Source: Patescibacteria group bacterium UBA1396
Lineage (GTDB): Bacteria; Patescibacteriota; Microgenomatia; UBA1400; UBA1396
Assembly: GCA_002305195.1 (NCBI GenBank)
Contig: DBQK01000007.1
Coordinates: 47,676 to 111,675, forward strand
Length of the DNA stretch: 64,000 nt
Direction of reading: 5' to 3'
In this document: piece after piece, positions 19,669-29,006 of the stretch
How the letters are laid out: every line of letters starts with the position of its first letter
How positions within the stretch are numbered: position 1 is the first letter of the stretch
Translations under genes and position numbers: made by a program
The notes under the pieces: model-generated
Seen by the model: the letters and a program-made list of their open reading frames with translations, nothing else
Database searches by the model: none
Told to the model about the DNA's origin: nothing

Positions 19669-20363
19669 AATTTTATTGGTTGTTGGCCGTACTTATTAAA
19701 TTCATCAATGATGGACTGTTTAATTTTTTTACCTGGACTTTTTCGTTTAAAGACAACCGGCAACAAGTCTAGCCCTTGACTGAGACTGTAGTATTTGACA
19801 CCAAGGTCGGCCAGGACATCACTAACGTGCTGACCATTATCCATATTTTCGTTACGATTGGTTAAGGCAATAGCTGCCGAAACTTGAATATTTAAGTCGA
19901 GCAAAGACTGAACGGCTTTGAGCAAAGAACCGCCGGTAGTAGTTACATCTTCTAACACTACTACTCTTCCCTGCGGCGCTCCGACAAAAAACCGATCCTT
20001 GGGTTCGCCGTGGTCTTTGGGTGTTTTTCTGCCCATGGTCAAGGTGTATTGATTAGACTTGAAATCTGGTTGAGATTTAGCAAATTTATACTGGCAAAGC
20101 ACGGCCAGCTTGGTTGCTCCATCCGGAGTGCCGTAAAAGCAATCAATCTCGATTGACTGCTGCTGCACATAAGACAAGACAAAATCGGATAGTTGATCAA
20201 TTAAATAAACATCATTAGACACATTGCGCCAGTTAACATACCAACTTGAAGTTCTACCAGACACTAATTTTATAGGTTTTGGAAAAAATCCCAAAATTTC
20301 TTGCTCAAGAATAAACTGATTAAATTTTTGTTGGTTAAATTGGCTCAAAATTTTTCCTCTCAA
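19665..20363 (-). CDS. pyrE: orotate phosphoribosyltransferase
   Basis: PRPP-binding motif VVVLEDVTTTGGSL. Overlaps the pyrF start by 4 nt. Confidence 0.8.
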   Translation of the reverse strand: MRGKILSQFNQQKFNQFILEQEILGFFPKPIKLVSGRTSSWYVNWRNVSNDVYLIDQLSDFVLSYVQQQSIEIDCFYGTPDGATKLAVLCQYKFAKSQPDFKSNQYTLTMGRKTPKDHGEPKDRFFVGAPQGRVVVLEDVTTTGGSLLKAVQSLLDLNIQVSAAIALTNRNENMDNGQHVSDVLADLGVKYYSLSQGLDLLPVVFKRKSPGKKIKQSIIDEFNKYGQQPIKL

Positions 20364-20734
20364 TAATATTTAAATATCTAGAATAGCTAAAATTTTTTGC
20401 TACTGATTAATAGTGGCAAATTTTTCGCTTGATAGCAAGTTGTTGGTGTTGCTAAGAATAAAGTTGTTGGAAGGTTTTAGATTGGTGAGCTATGTTTTTG
20501 GGAATCTCAGCACACATTATATTTTTATTTTTGTTTAGAGTAATATTCATAATTTTATTAGGTTTTTAAAGTGTATATAACTAAATACAGATACAGACAA
20601 AAATTCTTTTCCGAGATATAATGCTGCTAATGTTGTTATCAAATAATACACACCATCAAGCCTGGTATTACGCCCCAAATGGGAGGTGTGTGTTTTTGGT
20701 GCAATAGTTTCATAACAATTTAGCACAATATAAC

Positions 20735-20759
20735 AAACCTCCCGAACGGAGGTTTTTTT
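20735..20759 (+). terminator. intrinsic-terminator-like hairpin plus T7 immediately upstream of the aminotransferase start (candidate attenuator)
   Basis: AAACCTCC-CGAAC-GGAGGTTT followed by TTTTTTT. An upstream GGGAGG (20681-20686) can pair alternatively with CCTCCC (20738-20743). Confidence 0.5.
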
Positions 20760-20777
20760 GTGCATGGAAAGGAAAAT

Positions 20778-21848
20778 ATGAGTAATAAAAAAATTACCCA
20801 ACCAAGGGCGATGCAGGCAATGTATGCTCTCACTGAAAAGCGCCCAATCGATTTATCACTAAGTGAGAACCCCCTCGGATGTTCTCCTATGGTTTCTGAT
20901 GCTCTGAAACGGTTAGCAGTTGATTTCAACAATTACCCCTCACCAAACGGCAGGCAATTACGGAAAAAATTATCTAAAAAATTTTCGATCAGCGAAAATA
21001 GCTTTTTTGTAGCTAATGGATCTGAGTCGATTATTAACGATTTACCAAAGATCTTTTGTCAGGATGACAGTGAAGTAATTGTTCCTGAATTAACATTTCC
21101 TATGTTTGCAGTCTGTTCTAAATTGTCCAATGCTGATGTGGTTGCAGTAAAAATGACTAGTGATTTAGGGATTGATTTACCTAAAATTATTGAGAATATT
21201 TCTAAGCAGACTAGGATGATTTTTTTGTGCAATCCAAATAATCCAACAGGGTCAATATTGTCAAAAAATGAAATCATTGAATTTATAGAACAAGTGCCTT
21301 CAGATGTGCTGGTTGTGGTTGACGAAGCAAACATAGAATTTGGAGGGGAGTCAGTAATTTCTCAAGTTGCCGATCTAGAAAATTTAATTGTGTTGAGAAC
21401 ATTATCGAAAGGTTTTGGCTTGGCTACTCTTCGAATTGGATTTGCGGTGGCAAATAATCTAATAATTCAAAAAATGGAAGAGGAAACGCCAATTTTTCAA
21501 ATCAGTGGTATTAGTGAGCAGTTAGCTTGCGTTGCGCTAGAAGACGAAGATTTTATACAAAGAACAAGGAGAATTACTACTGAGCAGAGAGTATTTTTGA
21601 AGCAACAACTATTAGATTTAGGTTTTTTTGTGTTCTCGAGTGAAGCAAACAATTTGTTTGTAAAATTACCATTATTTTTATCAGCCAAACAGTTTGTTAA
21701 AAAATTAGGTAAAAAAGGTGTATCTGTTGTTTTGGGTTCAAATTTCGATGGTTATGAGGACTCATTTTTTCGAGTGAGCGTGAGAGACGTGCAAACAAAT
21801 AAAGCGTTTATTCAAAAAATGAAAGAGATTATCAAGGAGACTGTGTAG
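20778..21848 (+). CDS. class I/II PLP aminotransferase, histidinol-phosphate aminotransferase-like
   Basis: LSENPLGCSP, NPNNPTGS and the LSKGFGLATLRIG (Schiff-base Lys) motifs. ATG at 20778 after GGAAAGGAAA. The track start at 20760 is a GTG inside the terminator tail. Confidence 0.7.
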   Translation: MSNKKITQPRAMQAMYALTEKRPIDLSLSENPLGCSPMVSDALKRLAVDFNNYPSPNGRQLRKKLSKKFSISENSFFVANGSESIINDLPKIFCQDDSEVIVPELTFPMFAVCSKLSNADVVAVKMTSDLGIDLPKIIENISKQTRMIFLCNPNNPTGSILSKNEIIEFIEQVPSDVLVVVDEANIEFGGESVISQVADLENLIVLRTLSKGFGLATLRIGFAVANNLIIQKMEEETPIFQISGISEQLACVALEDEDFIQRTRRITTEQRVFLKQQLLDLGFFVFSSEANNLFVKLPLFLSAKQFVKKLGKKGVSVVLGSNFDGYEDSFFRVSVRDVQTNKAFIQKMKEIIKETV

Positions 21849-21893
21849 TTGTGCTATTACGTAGTGATATCTGTTTTGTGAAAGTGTTTGACT

Positions 21894-21969
21894 TGGTGAC
21901 CCCACCGGGACTCGAACCCGGGTTTTCGCCGTGAGAGGGCGATGTCCTAGACCGCTAGACGATGGGGCC
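21894..21969 (-). tRNA. tRNA-Glu (anticodon CUC), CCA encoded
   Basis: The reverse complement is GGCCCCA-TC-GTCT-AGCGGTCTA-GGAC-A-TCGCC-CTCTCAC-GGCGA-AAAC-CCGGG-TTCGAGT-CCCGG-TGGGGTC-A-CCA. Confidence 0.9.
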
Positions 21970-22067
21970 ATCTGGATTCCAGACGACTATTATAACTTAG
22001 TTGTTAGAAATTTGTCAGATTTATCTGTCACGCTTGGCTCAATAAATATTTAAGTGAAAGGAGATTT

Positions 22068-22670
22068 GTGAAGCGATATTTTTTCAGCTTGGGCTCATTA
22101 CTATTGGTGTCTGGTCTAACAGTTACAACCGCTCTAGCAGTATTTTTACCACAAGCAAGATTTACCGGTATGCAGCTTAAAACCCGAAGTTATGAGATTT
22201 CTGTTGCCAGGCAAGAAGCTAGTCCCCAATATGGTCCCACGGCTCATTTAAGTGGAGCCATCAATCTACGACCTGAAATGGAGCCTTTTGAGGAACAATT
22301 TTGGGTTAAAAATACCTCACCAGATGGCATTGGTACGGTAAATATTGCTATGCAGTTTGAAGGTGGAGTTGGCGATTGGGACGAACTAAAGGATTTAGTT
22401 AGGGTAAGGTTTTTAGATACTACCGATGATGTAATGGGGGAGTGGCACAGTTTGGCAGAAATGAAAAATGAGCCAATTGAGCCACCGAGTCCACTACTCT
22501 ATGCCGATCAACCTCGAAAGTATCATATTTATTATGGCTTCTTAGATTACTACCCCACCGATCCAGATGGTGATGGACCACTGGTAGAAGGCGACCCTAT
22601 CGGCCACGAGATGATGAACAAAAGTATCACCGATCTTAGTTTGGTAATTTCAGGAGTTCCCTACAGATAA
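22068..22670 (+). CDS. secreted protein with SipW-type (TasA/camelysin-like) signal peptide
   Basis: GTG start after a GAAAGGAG SD. The N-terminus MKRYFFSLGSLLLVSGLTVTTALAVF followed by ...RFTGMQLKT... resembles TasA/CalY-class leaders. FWVKNTSPDGIGTV resembles the family beta-sandwich. Confidence 0.45.
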   Translation: MKRYFFSLGSLLLVSGLTVTTALAVFLPQARFTGMQLKTRSYEISVARQEASPQYGPTAHLSGAINLRPEMEPFEEQFWVKNTSPDGIGTVNIAMQFEGGVGDWDELKDLVRVRFLDTTDDVMGEWHSLAEMKNEPIEPPSPLLYADQPRKYHIYYGFLDYYPTDPDGDGPLVEGDPIGHEMMNKSITDLSLVISGVPYR

Positions 22671-22691
22671 TCTTAAAGAGAAAGGAGAAAA

Positions 22692-22934
22692 ATGAAATCC
22701 TGGTTTTTCTGGTCAATATCAACTGCACTATTCATTTATTTAGTAATTGTTAGCGGGCTGGTGATTGTTGAGCGCTTATTAGCTGTTGAAACTACCCTTT
22801 TTCCTTTAAATGCAACTTTTAGTTGGCAATCAAGGTTAAAAAATCCCTATATATTTGCGTTTTGGTATTTTGTTCCGGCCGCTACTTATTTGTTATTGCA
22901 CATTAATTTTTTGCGTAAATTATGGCGAAAGTAG
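22692..22934 (+). CDS. small hypothetical membrane protein (2 TM)
   Basis: 80 aa. AAAGGAGAAAA SD. Two hydrophobic helices. Confidence 0.45.
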   Translation: MKSWFFWSISTALFIYLVIVSGLVIVERLLAVETTLFPLNATFSWQSRLKNPYIFAFWYFVPAATYLLLHINFLRKLWRK

Positions 22935-24010
22935 TTAGCTTGAAAATTTGCTGGTTAAATATGAACCTGGCAGCTGCGGCAGCAGCTGCCAGCTTAATTA
23001 TTTTTAGCTTTAAAATCCCCAAATTAGTAACGGCTGATTTTCCCTCCTCCTCCACCATAAATATTCAAACATTGGCAACTGGTAGTTGGGAAAGTCAGGT
23101 TCCGCCTGAGGGTGATATTCCTAATTTACCCGTCTCGGTTAAACCGATTCTGACCTACATTAATCAAAACTGGGGAATTGTTAGTTGGGATGAGAGTCAA
23201 GTCATTGACCACCAAATACCATCGAACTATCAAGAACAAATATGGTTTTGGAGCGAGAGTTATAGCGATTATGTTTTGGGTACTAACTGTCATACAGAGT
23301 TAGATCTGAATCAAGACTATCTCACTATTCAATCTGAAGATCCAGAAAACTGCTTCTTAGTGACAGGTTCATCATTGGCTGTTCCGATTGACACAAGTAT
23401 TTTTGTGAAGCGTGATGGACTTATGACAAGACTAATTCCGGAGCATACTGTAGCTACGCTTCCTGGCGATTTACGTTTAACCGAAGTTATGTGGGCCGGC
23501 AGCTATCGAGGCGACCAATCACTAGCCAGTGATGAGTGGTTAGAAATTTATAACACTACACCTCAGACCATTAAGTTGGGTGGTTTGCAATTAGTTGGCG
23601 CGGCGGCTGCTGGCGGTACAATCACTATTCCAGATCAATATTACATTGCTTCCCACTCCTTTTTTGTTGTTGGCCGCCGCGCCAACGCCAACACTCAACT
23701 CAATAAAAATCCGGATTGGGTAACAACTTCGCTCAGTTTGGCAAATGATTCCGCCTCAATATCGTTAACCACGGGCTCTGGCGATATTATCGACAGTTTA
23801 CCTGGAGGTGCTTGGCAGGCAGGACTCAATGACACTATTAACCACCTGCGCTTTTCAGCACAGTTAAAAAACCTTGATGCTCCAAGTAATGATTGGTCAA
23901 ACTGGAGTCAGTGTTCAGTTGACACTTTTCACTTAATGCCCGTACCCAACTTCAAAACTCAACAACCGGTGCAAAATTGTGGCTCTCCTTGGGGAGAAAG
24001 TGTTTTTTAA
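22922..24010 (+). CDS. exported lamin-tail-domain (LTD) protein
   Basis: LRLTEVMWAGSYRGDQSLASDEWLEIYNTTPQTIKLGGLQL is the LTD signature. N-terminal hydrophobic anchor. The start may instead be the ATG at 22961. Confidence 0.65.
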   Translation: MAKVVSLKICWLNMNLAAAAAAASLIIFSFKIPKLVTADFPSSSTINIQTLATGSWESQVPPEGDIPNLPVSVKPILTYINQNWGIVSWDESQVIDHQIPSNYQEQIWFWSESYSDYVLGTNCHTELDLNQDYLTIQSEDPENCFLVTGSSLAVPIDTSIFVKRDGLMTRLIPEHTVATLPGDLRLTEVMWAGSYRGDQSLASDEWLEIYNTTPQTIKLGGLQLVGAAAAGGTITIPDQYYIASHSFFVVGRRANANTQLNKNPDWVTTSLSLANDSASISLTTGSGDIIDSLPGGAWQAGLNDTINHLRFSAQLKNLDAPSNDWSNWSQCSVDTFHLMPVPNFKTQQPVQNCGSPWGESVF

Positions 24011-24040
24011 TCTCCATAATTTGTGATAGGCTATGCTGAT

Positions 24041-24763
24041 ATGAAAGGCATTATTTTAGCCGGCGGTGCTGGCACAAGATTAAGACCGGTAACCAAGATT
24101 ACCAGTAAGCAACTTTTACCCGTTTACGACAAGCCAATGATTTTTTATCCTTTAGAAACCCTATTAAACGCTGGGATCAAGGAAATATTAATCATTATTG
24201 CACCTGAAAACGCCGGCGATTTTCTCAATCTACTTGGAAGTGGAAAGGAATTTGGGTGTAAATTTACCTATGAAATTCAAGATAAACCAGAGGGTTTAGC
24301 GCAGGCTTTTATTATAGGTCGTAATTTTATTGACGATGATAACGTGACAATGATCTTAGGAGATAATCTTTTTGAAGACGATTTTGCACAAGATATCCAA
24401 GGATTTCAATCAGGAGCACGAGTTTTTGCCAAACAAGTACCTGATCCACATCGTTTTGGCGTAGTTGAATTTGACGAAAATCAAAAAGCATTATCGATCA
24501 TAGAAAAACCCACCAATCCAAAATCAAATTACTCTGTAACTGGTTTGTACATTTATGACCACACCGTAATTGATAAAGCTGCCTCTTTAAAGCCTTCAGA
24601 CAGAGGTGAGTATGAAATTACCGATCTAAACAATTTATATCTTCAAGAAGGTTCGCTTGATGTTGCTTTTGTAAATGGGCGCTGGTTTGATACCGGAACC
24701 TTTGAGTCACTTTTCGACGCAACTGTTTTCGCCAGAGAACGAACCTTATCCAAGCAGAGCTGA
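24041..24763 (+). CDS. glucose-1-phosphate thymidylyl/nucleotidyltransferase (short RfbA-like)
   Basis: MKGIILAGGAGTRLRPVTKITSKQLLPVYDKPMIFYPL signature. The track start is a GTG at 24023. Confidence 0.8.
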   Translation: MKGIILAGGAGTRLRPVTKITSKQLLPVYDKPMIFYPLETLLNAGIKEILIIIAPENAGDFLNLLGSGKEFGCKFTYEIQDKPEGLAQAFIIGRNFIDDDNVTMILGDNLFEDDFAQDIQGFQSGARVFAKQVPDPHRFGVVEFDENQKALSIIEKPTNPKSNYSVTGLYIYDHTVIDKAASLKPSDRGEYEITDLNNLYLQEGSLDVAFVNGRWFDTGTFESLFDATVFARERTLSKQS

Positions 24764-24780
24764 TTTGTTAAACTAATAAT

Positions 24781-25701
24781 ATGGCCAGATCAATTAAACA
24801 ATGGCAAATGAAAGTAATTGGTTGGATGTTGGCCGTGAGCAGCCTATTGTTAATTTTAGTCTCTTTCCCTTCTTTGGTTTTATCTCAAGATTCCCAGCCA
24901 GATCCTTATTCAGCCGAGGCGGTCGGACCGGTTAGTGAAGTTGCCACTTCCACTGCAGAGCTTGGGGAGCAGGTTAATATCCAATCCCAGTTAGCTCAAC
25001 TTATCGAGCAGTATTATCAAGATGTCGAAGATTATCGTGAGAGTGAGAGGAAATACTTGATTGCCAGGGAGACGTATTATAAAAATGTTACTCTCACTTC
25101 TCAGAGCGAGGCTATTAAACAAGGGCAAGAATTAATTAAAAGTCGATCAAAAGTCTTGCACTCTTATTTTAGTTATTTACAAAAAGACTTGGAAAATACT
25201 CTTGGTATTCAGCTGCAAGATAAAGTGGTAATGCTTAATAAATTAGGAACAATTCTTTCAGACTTAGAATCGGCTGATCGAAATGCTGGTACTATCCAGT
25301 CCAGAGCCCAGCTAAATGATATTTTCAACCAACTTAATTTGCAGCAGGGAAATTATAAGCGCGTGGCATATTCAGCTTTGGCGCTTATAAAGATCGGCCA
25401 ACTGCAAAGTGCCATTGACCAATCTTTGGCAACAAGGGAAATGGTATCGGTTTGGCTTACGGAGGCCAACTTAACAGCTTCTAGTCGAGCTAAAAAGGAG
25501 CAAGGTTTGGCAGAAGTGGACGGTCTTATTCAGAATGCCCGCAACAACTTAAGTGAAGTAATTAGGCACTGGCAATCTAATAGTCAGGAAGCTGGTTATT
25601 ACGAAAGTGCCTATAAAACATTCCAAGATAAAGCAGAATACAGTTACCTGCAGTTACGACAGGCGCACGCTTTTCTAGATGAAATTGTAAATACCTTATG
25701 A
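24781..25701 (+). CDS. hypothetical secreted, predicted helical/coiled-coil protein
   Basis: 306 aa. Signal/anchor VIGWMLAVSSLLLILVSFPSLVLS. No recognised domain. Confidence 0.5.
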   Translation: MARSIKQWQMKVIGWMLAVSSLLLILVSFPSLVLSQDSQPDPYSAEAVGPVSEVATSTAELGEQVNIQSQLAQLIEQYYQDVEDYRESERKYLIARETYYKNVTLTSQSEAIKQGQELIKSRSKVLHSYFSYLQKDLENTLGIQLQDKVVMLNKLGTILSDLESADRNAGTIQSRAQLNDIFNQLNLQQGNYKRVAYSALALIKIGQLQSAIDQSLATREMVSVWLTEANLTASSRAKKEQGLAEVDGLIQNARNNLSEVIRHWQSNSQEAGYYESAYKTFQDKAEYSYLQLRQAHAFLDEIVNTL

Positions 25702-26084
25702 ACCAAGATAATTTTTTTGATCAGACTAAATTTGCCGAAGAAGCAGTGGTAGAAAAGCAACCATTGCCAGAACCTACGGCAGAATCTACTCCAACCAAAA
25801 AAAAGTATCTAGCTTTAATTGTTTTAACTTTCTTAATGGCTTTTCTGGTAGTTGTTTCGGTACTAATTGTTTGGTTATCAGGCAAATCGGAGCCAATTAT
25901 TCCAACCGATGATTTATCAACAGAGTCATCCTCTACCAGCATGTCACCAATACAGCGTCAACTCTACGTTTTACAAAAAGATATTGAAAAATCTGACCCT
26001 TTTGACGCCTCAATTTCTTTTCCACCGGTTGATTTTGGTATCGATCTTGAAGACGCTGCTCAACGCGCATTAAATCAGCGCTAA
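25698..26084 (+). CDS. hypothetical single-pass membrane protein
   Basis: 128 aa. ATGA overlap with the upstream gene. TM helix LALIVLTFLMAFLVVVSVLIVWL. Confidence 0.5.
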   Translation: MNQDNFFDQTKFAEEAVVEKQPLPEPTAESTPTKKKYLALIVLTFLMAFLVVVSVLIVWLSGKSEPIIPTDDLSTESSSTSMSPIQRQLYVLQKDIEKSDPFDASISFPPVDFGIDLEDAAQRALNQR

Positions 26085-26741
26085 TTATTTTTTTTCTGTT
26101 TGTTTTTGACGAAATTTGGCCACTTTTTGATGGTCTCCAGTCAAAAGTACTTTGGGTACGTTCCACCCTTGGTAATTTTCTGGTCTGGTATATTGTGGTG
26201 GCCCAAAAAATCCTGGCTTATCGTGAGATTCGGCGACCAAACTCTGTTGGTTTCCCAGTACATCTGGCTGTAACCTGGTTAAAGAATCAATGATGACTAA
26301 ACTGGCAGGTTCTCCTCCGGTTAAAACATAGTCTCCAACTCTAATCTCGCGATCAATTAAATGCTCCACCACTCTTTCATCGACACCCTCATAATGGCCA
26401 CAAATAATAGCAATTCTCTTTAATTGAGACCATTCTCGGGCAACTTGTTGGCTATAGAGCTGTCCCTTGGCAGAGGTTAATACGATTAATTCTTTTGGTG
26501 TGCCCCTTTTATAACCTAAAGCTTGAAGTTGTTGATGAATTGGTTCCACCATCATAACCATTCCTGGTCCTCCACCATAGGGACGATCATCGGTTAACTG
26601 ATGTTTACCGATCCCATAATCACGCAAGTTATGAATCGCCACTTTTACTTTATTAGCTGCTATGGCTTTGCCAACAACACTAGTTTCTAATGGTTGCTTA
26701 AAAAAATCAGGAAAAATGGTTATAACATCTAGCTGCAACAT
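26085..26741 (-). CDS. trmD: tRNA (guanine37-N1)-methyltransferase
   Basis: DVITIFPDFF, YGGGPGMVM, GHYEGVDERV and DYVLTGGE motifs. Confidence 0.9.
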   Translation of the reverse strand: MLQLDVITIFPDFFKQPLETSVVGKAIAANKVKVAIHNLRDYGIGKHQLTDDRPYGGGPGMVMMVEPIHQQLQALGYKRGTPKELIVLTSAKGQLYSQQVAREWSQLKRIAIICGHYEGVDERVVEHLIDREIRVGDYVLTGGEPASLVIIDSLTRLQPDVLGNQQSLVAESHDKPGFFGPPQYTRPENYQGWNVPKVLLTGDHQKVAKFRQKQTEKK

Positions 26742-26762
26742 ATCGTATACTGTTATTGTTTT

Positions 26763-27839
26763 ATGGACAGAGCACTTACTCGTAAGATTATAACCGGTTT
26801 TTTTCTTATTCTTGGTCTTAGCTTATTTATAGGTGCGGTTTATTATTTAAGATCGTTGGTGCTTTTATTCTTTATGTCCTTTATTTTGGCCTCGGCTTTT
26901 AATCCCGCTGTGGTGAAATTAGAGAAGATAAAATTGCCGCGAGCTTTGGCAATTTTATTTATTTACTTGATATTTATAGGCTTGTTGGTTTTATTGGTGG
27001 CATTTACAATCCCACCACTGGTAAAACAAACTATTCAATTGCTTTCTGCCTTTTCTAAACTTCTAGGTATTTCTGATTTTAGCTTTGCGTACAATGGCGC
27101 CACCGAAATTGATTTTTCTGCTCTTGCTGTTTCCCTAGACCATTACGTTAAACAATATCAGACAATCTTTGGTCAGCTTCAGGGGTCGGTGGTGCTGTTA
27201 ACAAATTTACTTTTCTCAACTTTTTCAGCAGTTTTTGTGTTAATTACTTTGTTAATTGCCACTTTTTATCTCTTGCTTCACCTAAATCAGTTTTCTCTAA
27301 CAATAGCCTGGATGCTCCCAGGAGATAGAGAATCTCAAGCCAAACGAGCCTTGCAGATAATGGAAAAAGTTCAAGTTCGCTTAGGTAGCTGGGTTACGGG
27401 ACAATTGATGCTAATGGTTATGATTGGAGTAATCACTTATGTCGGTTTGGTTTTATTAGGAATTCCTTATGCGCTGCCACTGGCGATTATTGCCGCTTTC
27501 TTGGAAATTATTCCCAATCTTGGACCAACCATCGCCGCTATCCCTTCTATAATTATTGCTTTTTTCCTGGTCAACCCTTTTATGTCACTTGTAGTGCTGG
27601 CGTTTTACATATTTGTTCAGCAGTTTGAGAATAACTTAATTGTGCCATTAATTATGAAAGGCGTGGTTGATGTCAGACCTTTAACAACTATTATGTTGAT
27701 CTTAATGGGCTTTCAGATTTCTGGAGTGATAGGCGCTCTGTTATCGGTGCCTTTTTATATTACGGTAAGGACAATTAGTCGCGAATTGTGGCCAAATAGA
27801 GGGCCATTTTCGGATTATTCTGATCTTTTAAAAAAGTAA
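26763..27839 (+). CDS. AI-2E family transporter (PerM-like permease)
   Basis: 358 aa, about 8 TM. FLEIIPNLGPTIAAIP motif. Confidence 0.8.
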   Translation: MDRALTRKIITGFFLILGLSLFIGAVYYLRSLVLLFFMSFILASAFNPAVVKLEKIKLPRALAILFIYLIFIGLLVLLVAFTIPPLVKQTIQLLSAFSKLLGISDFSFAYNGATEIDFSALAVSLDHYVKQYQTIFGQLQGSVVLLTNLLFSTFSAVFVLITLLIATFYLLLHLNQFSLTIAWMLPGDRESQAKRALQIMEKVQVRLGSWVTGQLMLMVMIGVITYVGLVLLGIPYALPLAIIAAFLEIIPNLGPTIAAIPSIIIAFFLVNPFMSLVVLAFYIFVQQFENNLIVPLIMKGVVDVRPLTTIMLILMGFQISGVIGALLSVPFYITVRTISRELWPNRGPFSDYSDLLKK

Positions 27840-27888
27840 AATATTCCCAATTATAAACATTTTTTTATTATTTGGTATAATATTGTTA

Positions 27889-28210
27889 GCGATGCCGAAG
27901 ACATTCGCGCCTGGATTATCCAGGTGAGGAAAGTCCGGACAGCAGAACGCAGGGTGCCTGTTGAAAGACAGGGCTTCCTTTTAGGAAGACAGTTAGAGCC
28001 ACAGTGACGAACCGAGTAGCGTCGGGTGAAACGCCAAGCGGACTAGACTAACCTATTTTGGTTGGTTTGGGGGCAATCCTCCTCGCTGCAACCACCGAAC
28101 TTCACCTTATTGGAAGCGTTCCCTATTGGTGGTGACACCGAGGTGATCAAGATGTGGGCCTAGATAAATGAATGTCCTTGACAGAATCTGGCTTATTCGG
28201 CATCGCTATT
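27889..28210 (+). ncRNA. rnpB: RNase P RNA (bacterial type, compact, about 320 nt)
   Basis: GAGGAAAGTCCGGAC (P4 5' strand) and ACAGAATCTGGCTTA (P4 3' strand). P1 formed by GCGATGCCGAA (27889-27899) with TTCGGCATCGC (28196-28206). An extended -10, TGGTATAAT, ends at 27881. Confidence 0.85.
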
Positions 28211-28287
28211 TCTATTTTCTCTCCAACTAAAATGAATTAGTAAATCCAGCTTTGGTGATTTGGAAAAAATCAGTATAATGATGCTAT

Positions 28288-28977
28288 ATGTTAAACAGTG
28301 AAATCTTTGTTTCCGGATGGTATTTAACTAGTGGTTTTTGGCGATTGGTGATTAGCCTACTAATTTTGCTTTTTGGTCTGTGGTTAGCCAACTCAATTAC
28401 CAAAACAGTCAGAAAGAGTGTTTCTGCCCTATTTTCGCAGAGTCAACTTAAGGACTCTCCCTTGGGGACTGTTTTAGAACCAGCCGTTTCTCTTAGAGGT
28501 TCAGGGATTCTTTCTACCTTGGTTTACTTCACAATTGTTTTTGTGTTTCTTGCTTGGTCGAGTGAAATTCTTGGTTTGACTTTTCTATCTAGTATTGTTG
28601 GTGTTTTGTTGCGGTATTTGCCCAAATTGGCTTCTGCCCTAATTGTGTTTGTGCTGGGTATTATTTTATCCAGTGTCGTTGAAAGAGTGGTTAAACAACA
28701 ACTGCGCAAGATGGCACCTGCTAGAGCAATTCTAATGGGTACGGCTGCTAGTTCAGCCACTCTAATCTTGTTTTTGCTTATTTCTTTATCTGAGCTAGGA
28801 ATTGCTAGTGAATTTATTATGATTCTCTTTTCTGGCTTAGTTTTGGCATTGGCCCTGGCTGTAGGTTTAGCAATTGGTTTGGGGGCAAAAGATTTAGTCG
28901 CTGAGTCACTTCATTCCTTGGTGGCTGATGAGCAGCAGGCCAGAAAAAAACAAAATAACCAGAAAACCTCAAAATAA
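28288..28977 (+). CDS. hypothetical multi-pass membrane protein
   Basis: 229 aa, 5-6 TM, basic C-terminal tail. Possibly of the conserved-TM-helix repeat type, but this is not certain. Confidence 0.45.
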   Translation: MLNSEIFVSGWYLTSGFWRLVISLLILLFGLWLANSITKTVRKSVSALFSQSQLKDSPLGTVLEPAVSLRGSGILSTLVYFTIVFVFLAWSSEILGLTFLSSIVGVLLRYLPKLASALIVFVLGIILSSVVERVVKQQLRKMAPARAILMGTAASSATLILFLLISLSELGIASEFIMILFSGLVLALALAVGLAIGLGAKDLVAESLHSLVADEQQARKKQNNQKTSK

Positions 28978-29006
28978 TTTCAGATTAACTGATTTTAAGG
29001 ATAAAT

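Noticed and set aside
20364-20777. T-box leader upstream of the hisC-like gene
   Set aside because: I could not find the conserved T-box sequence (AGGGUGGNACCGCG-like) or a specifier-loop architecture. Only generic attenuator logic is visible.
20547-20932. ORFs 20547..20801 (-) and 20720..20932 (-) in or near the long spacer
   Set aside because: They have no SD and odd composition. They overlap the terminator hairpin and the 5' end of the well-supported aminotransferase gene, so the region is better explained as a regulatory or RNA element.
21762-21971. 69-aa minus-strand ORF
   Set aside because: It is almost entirely the translation of tRNA-Glu and its flank.
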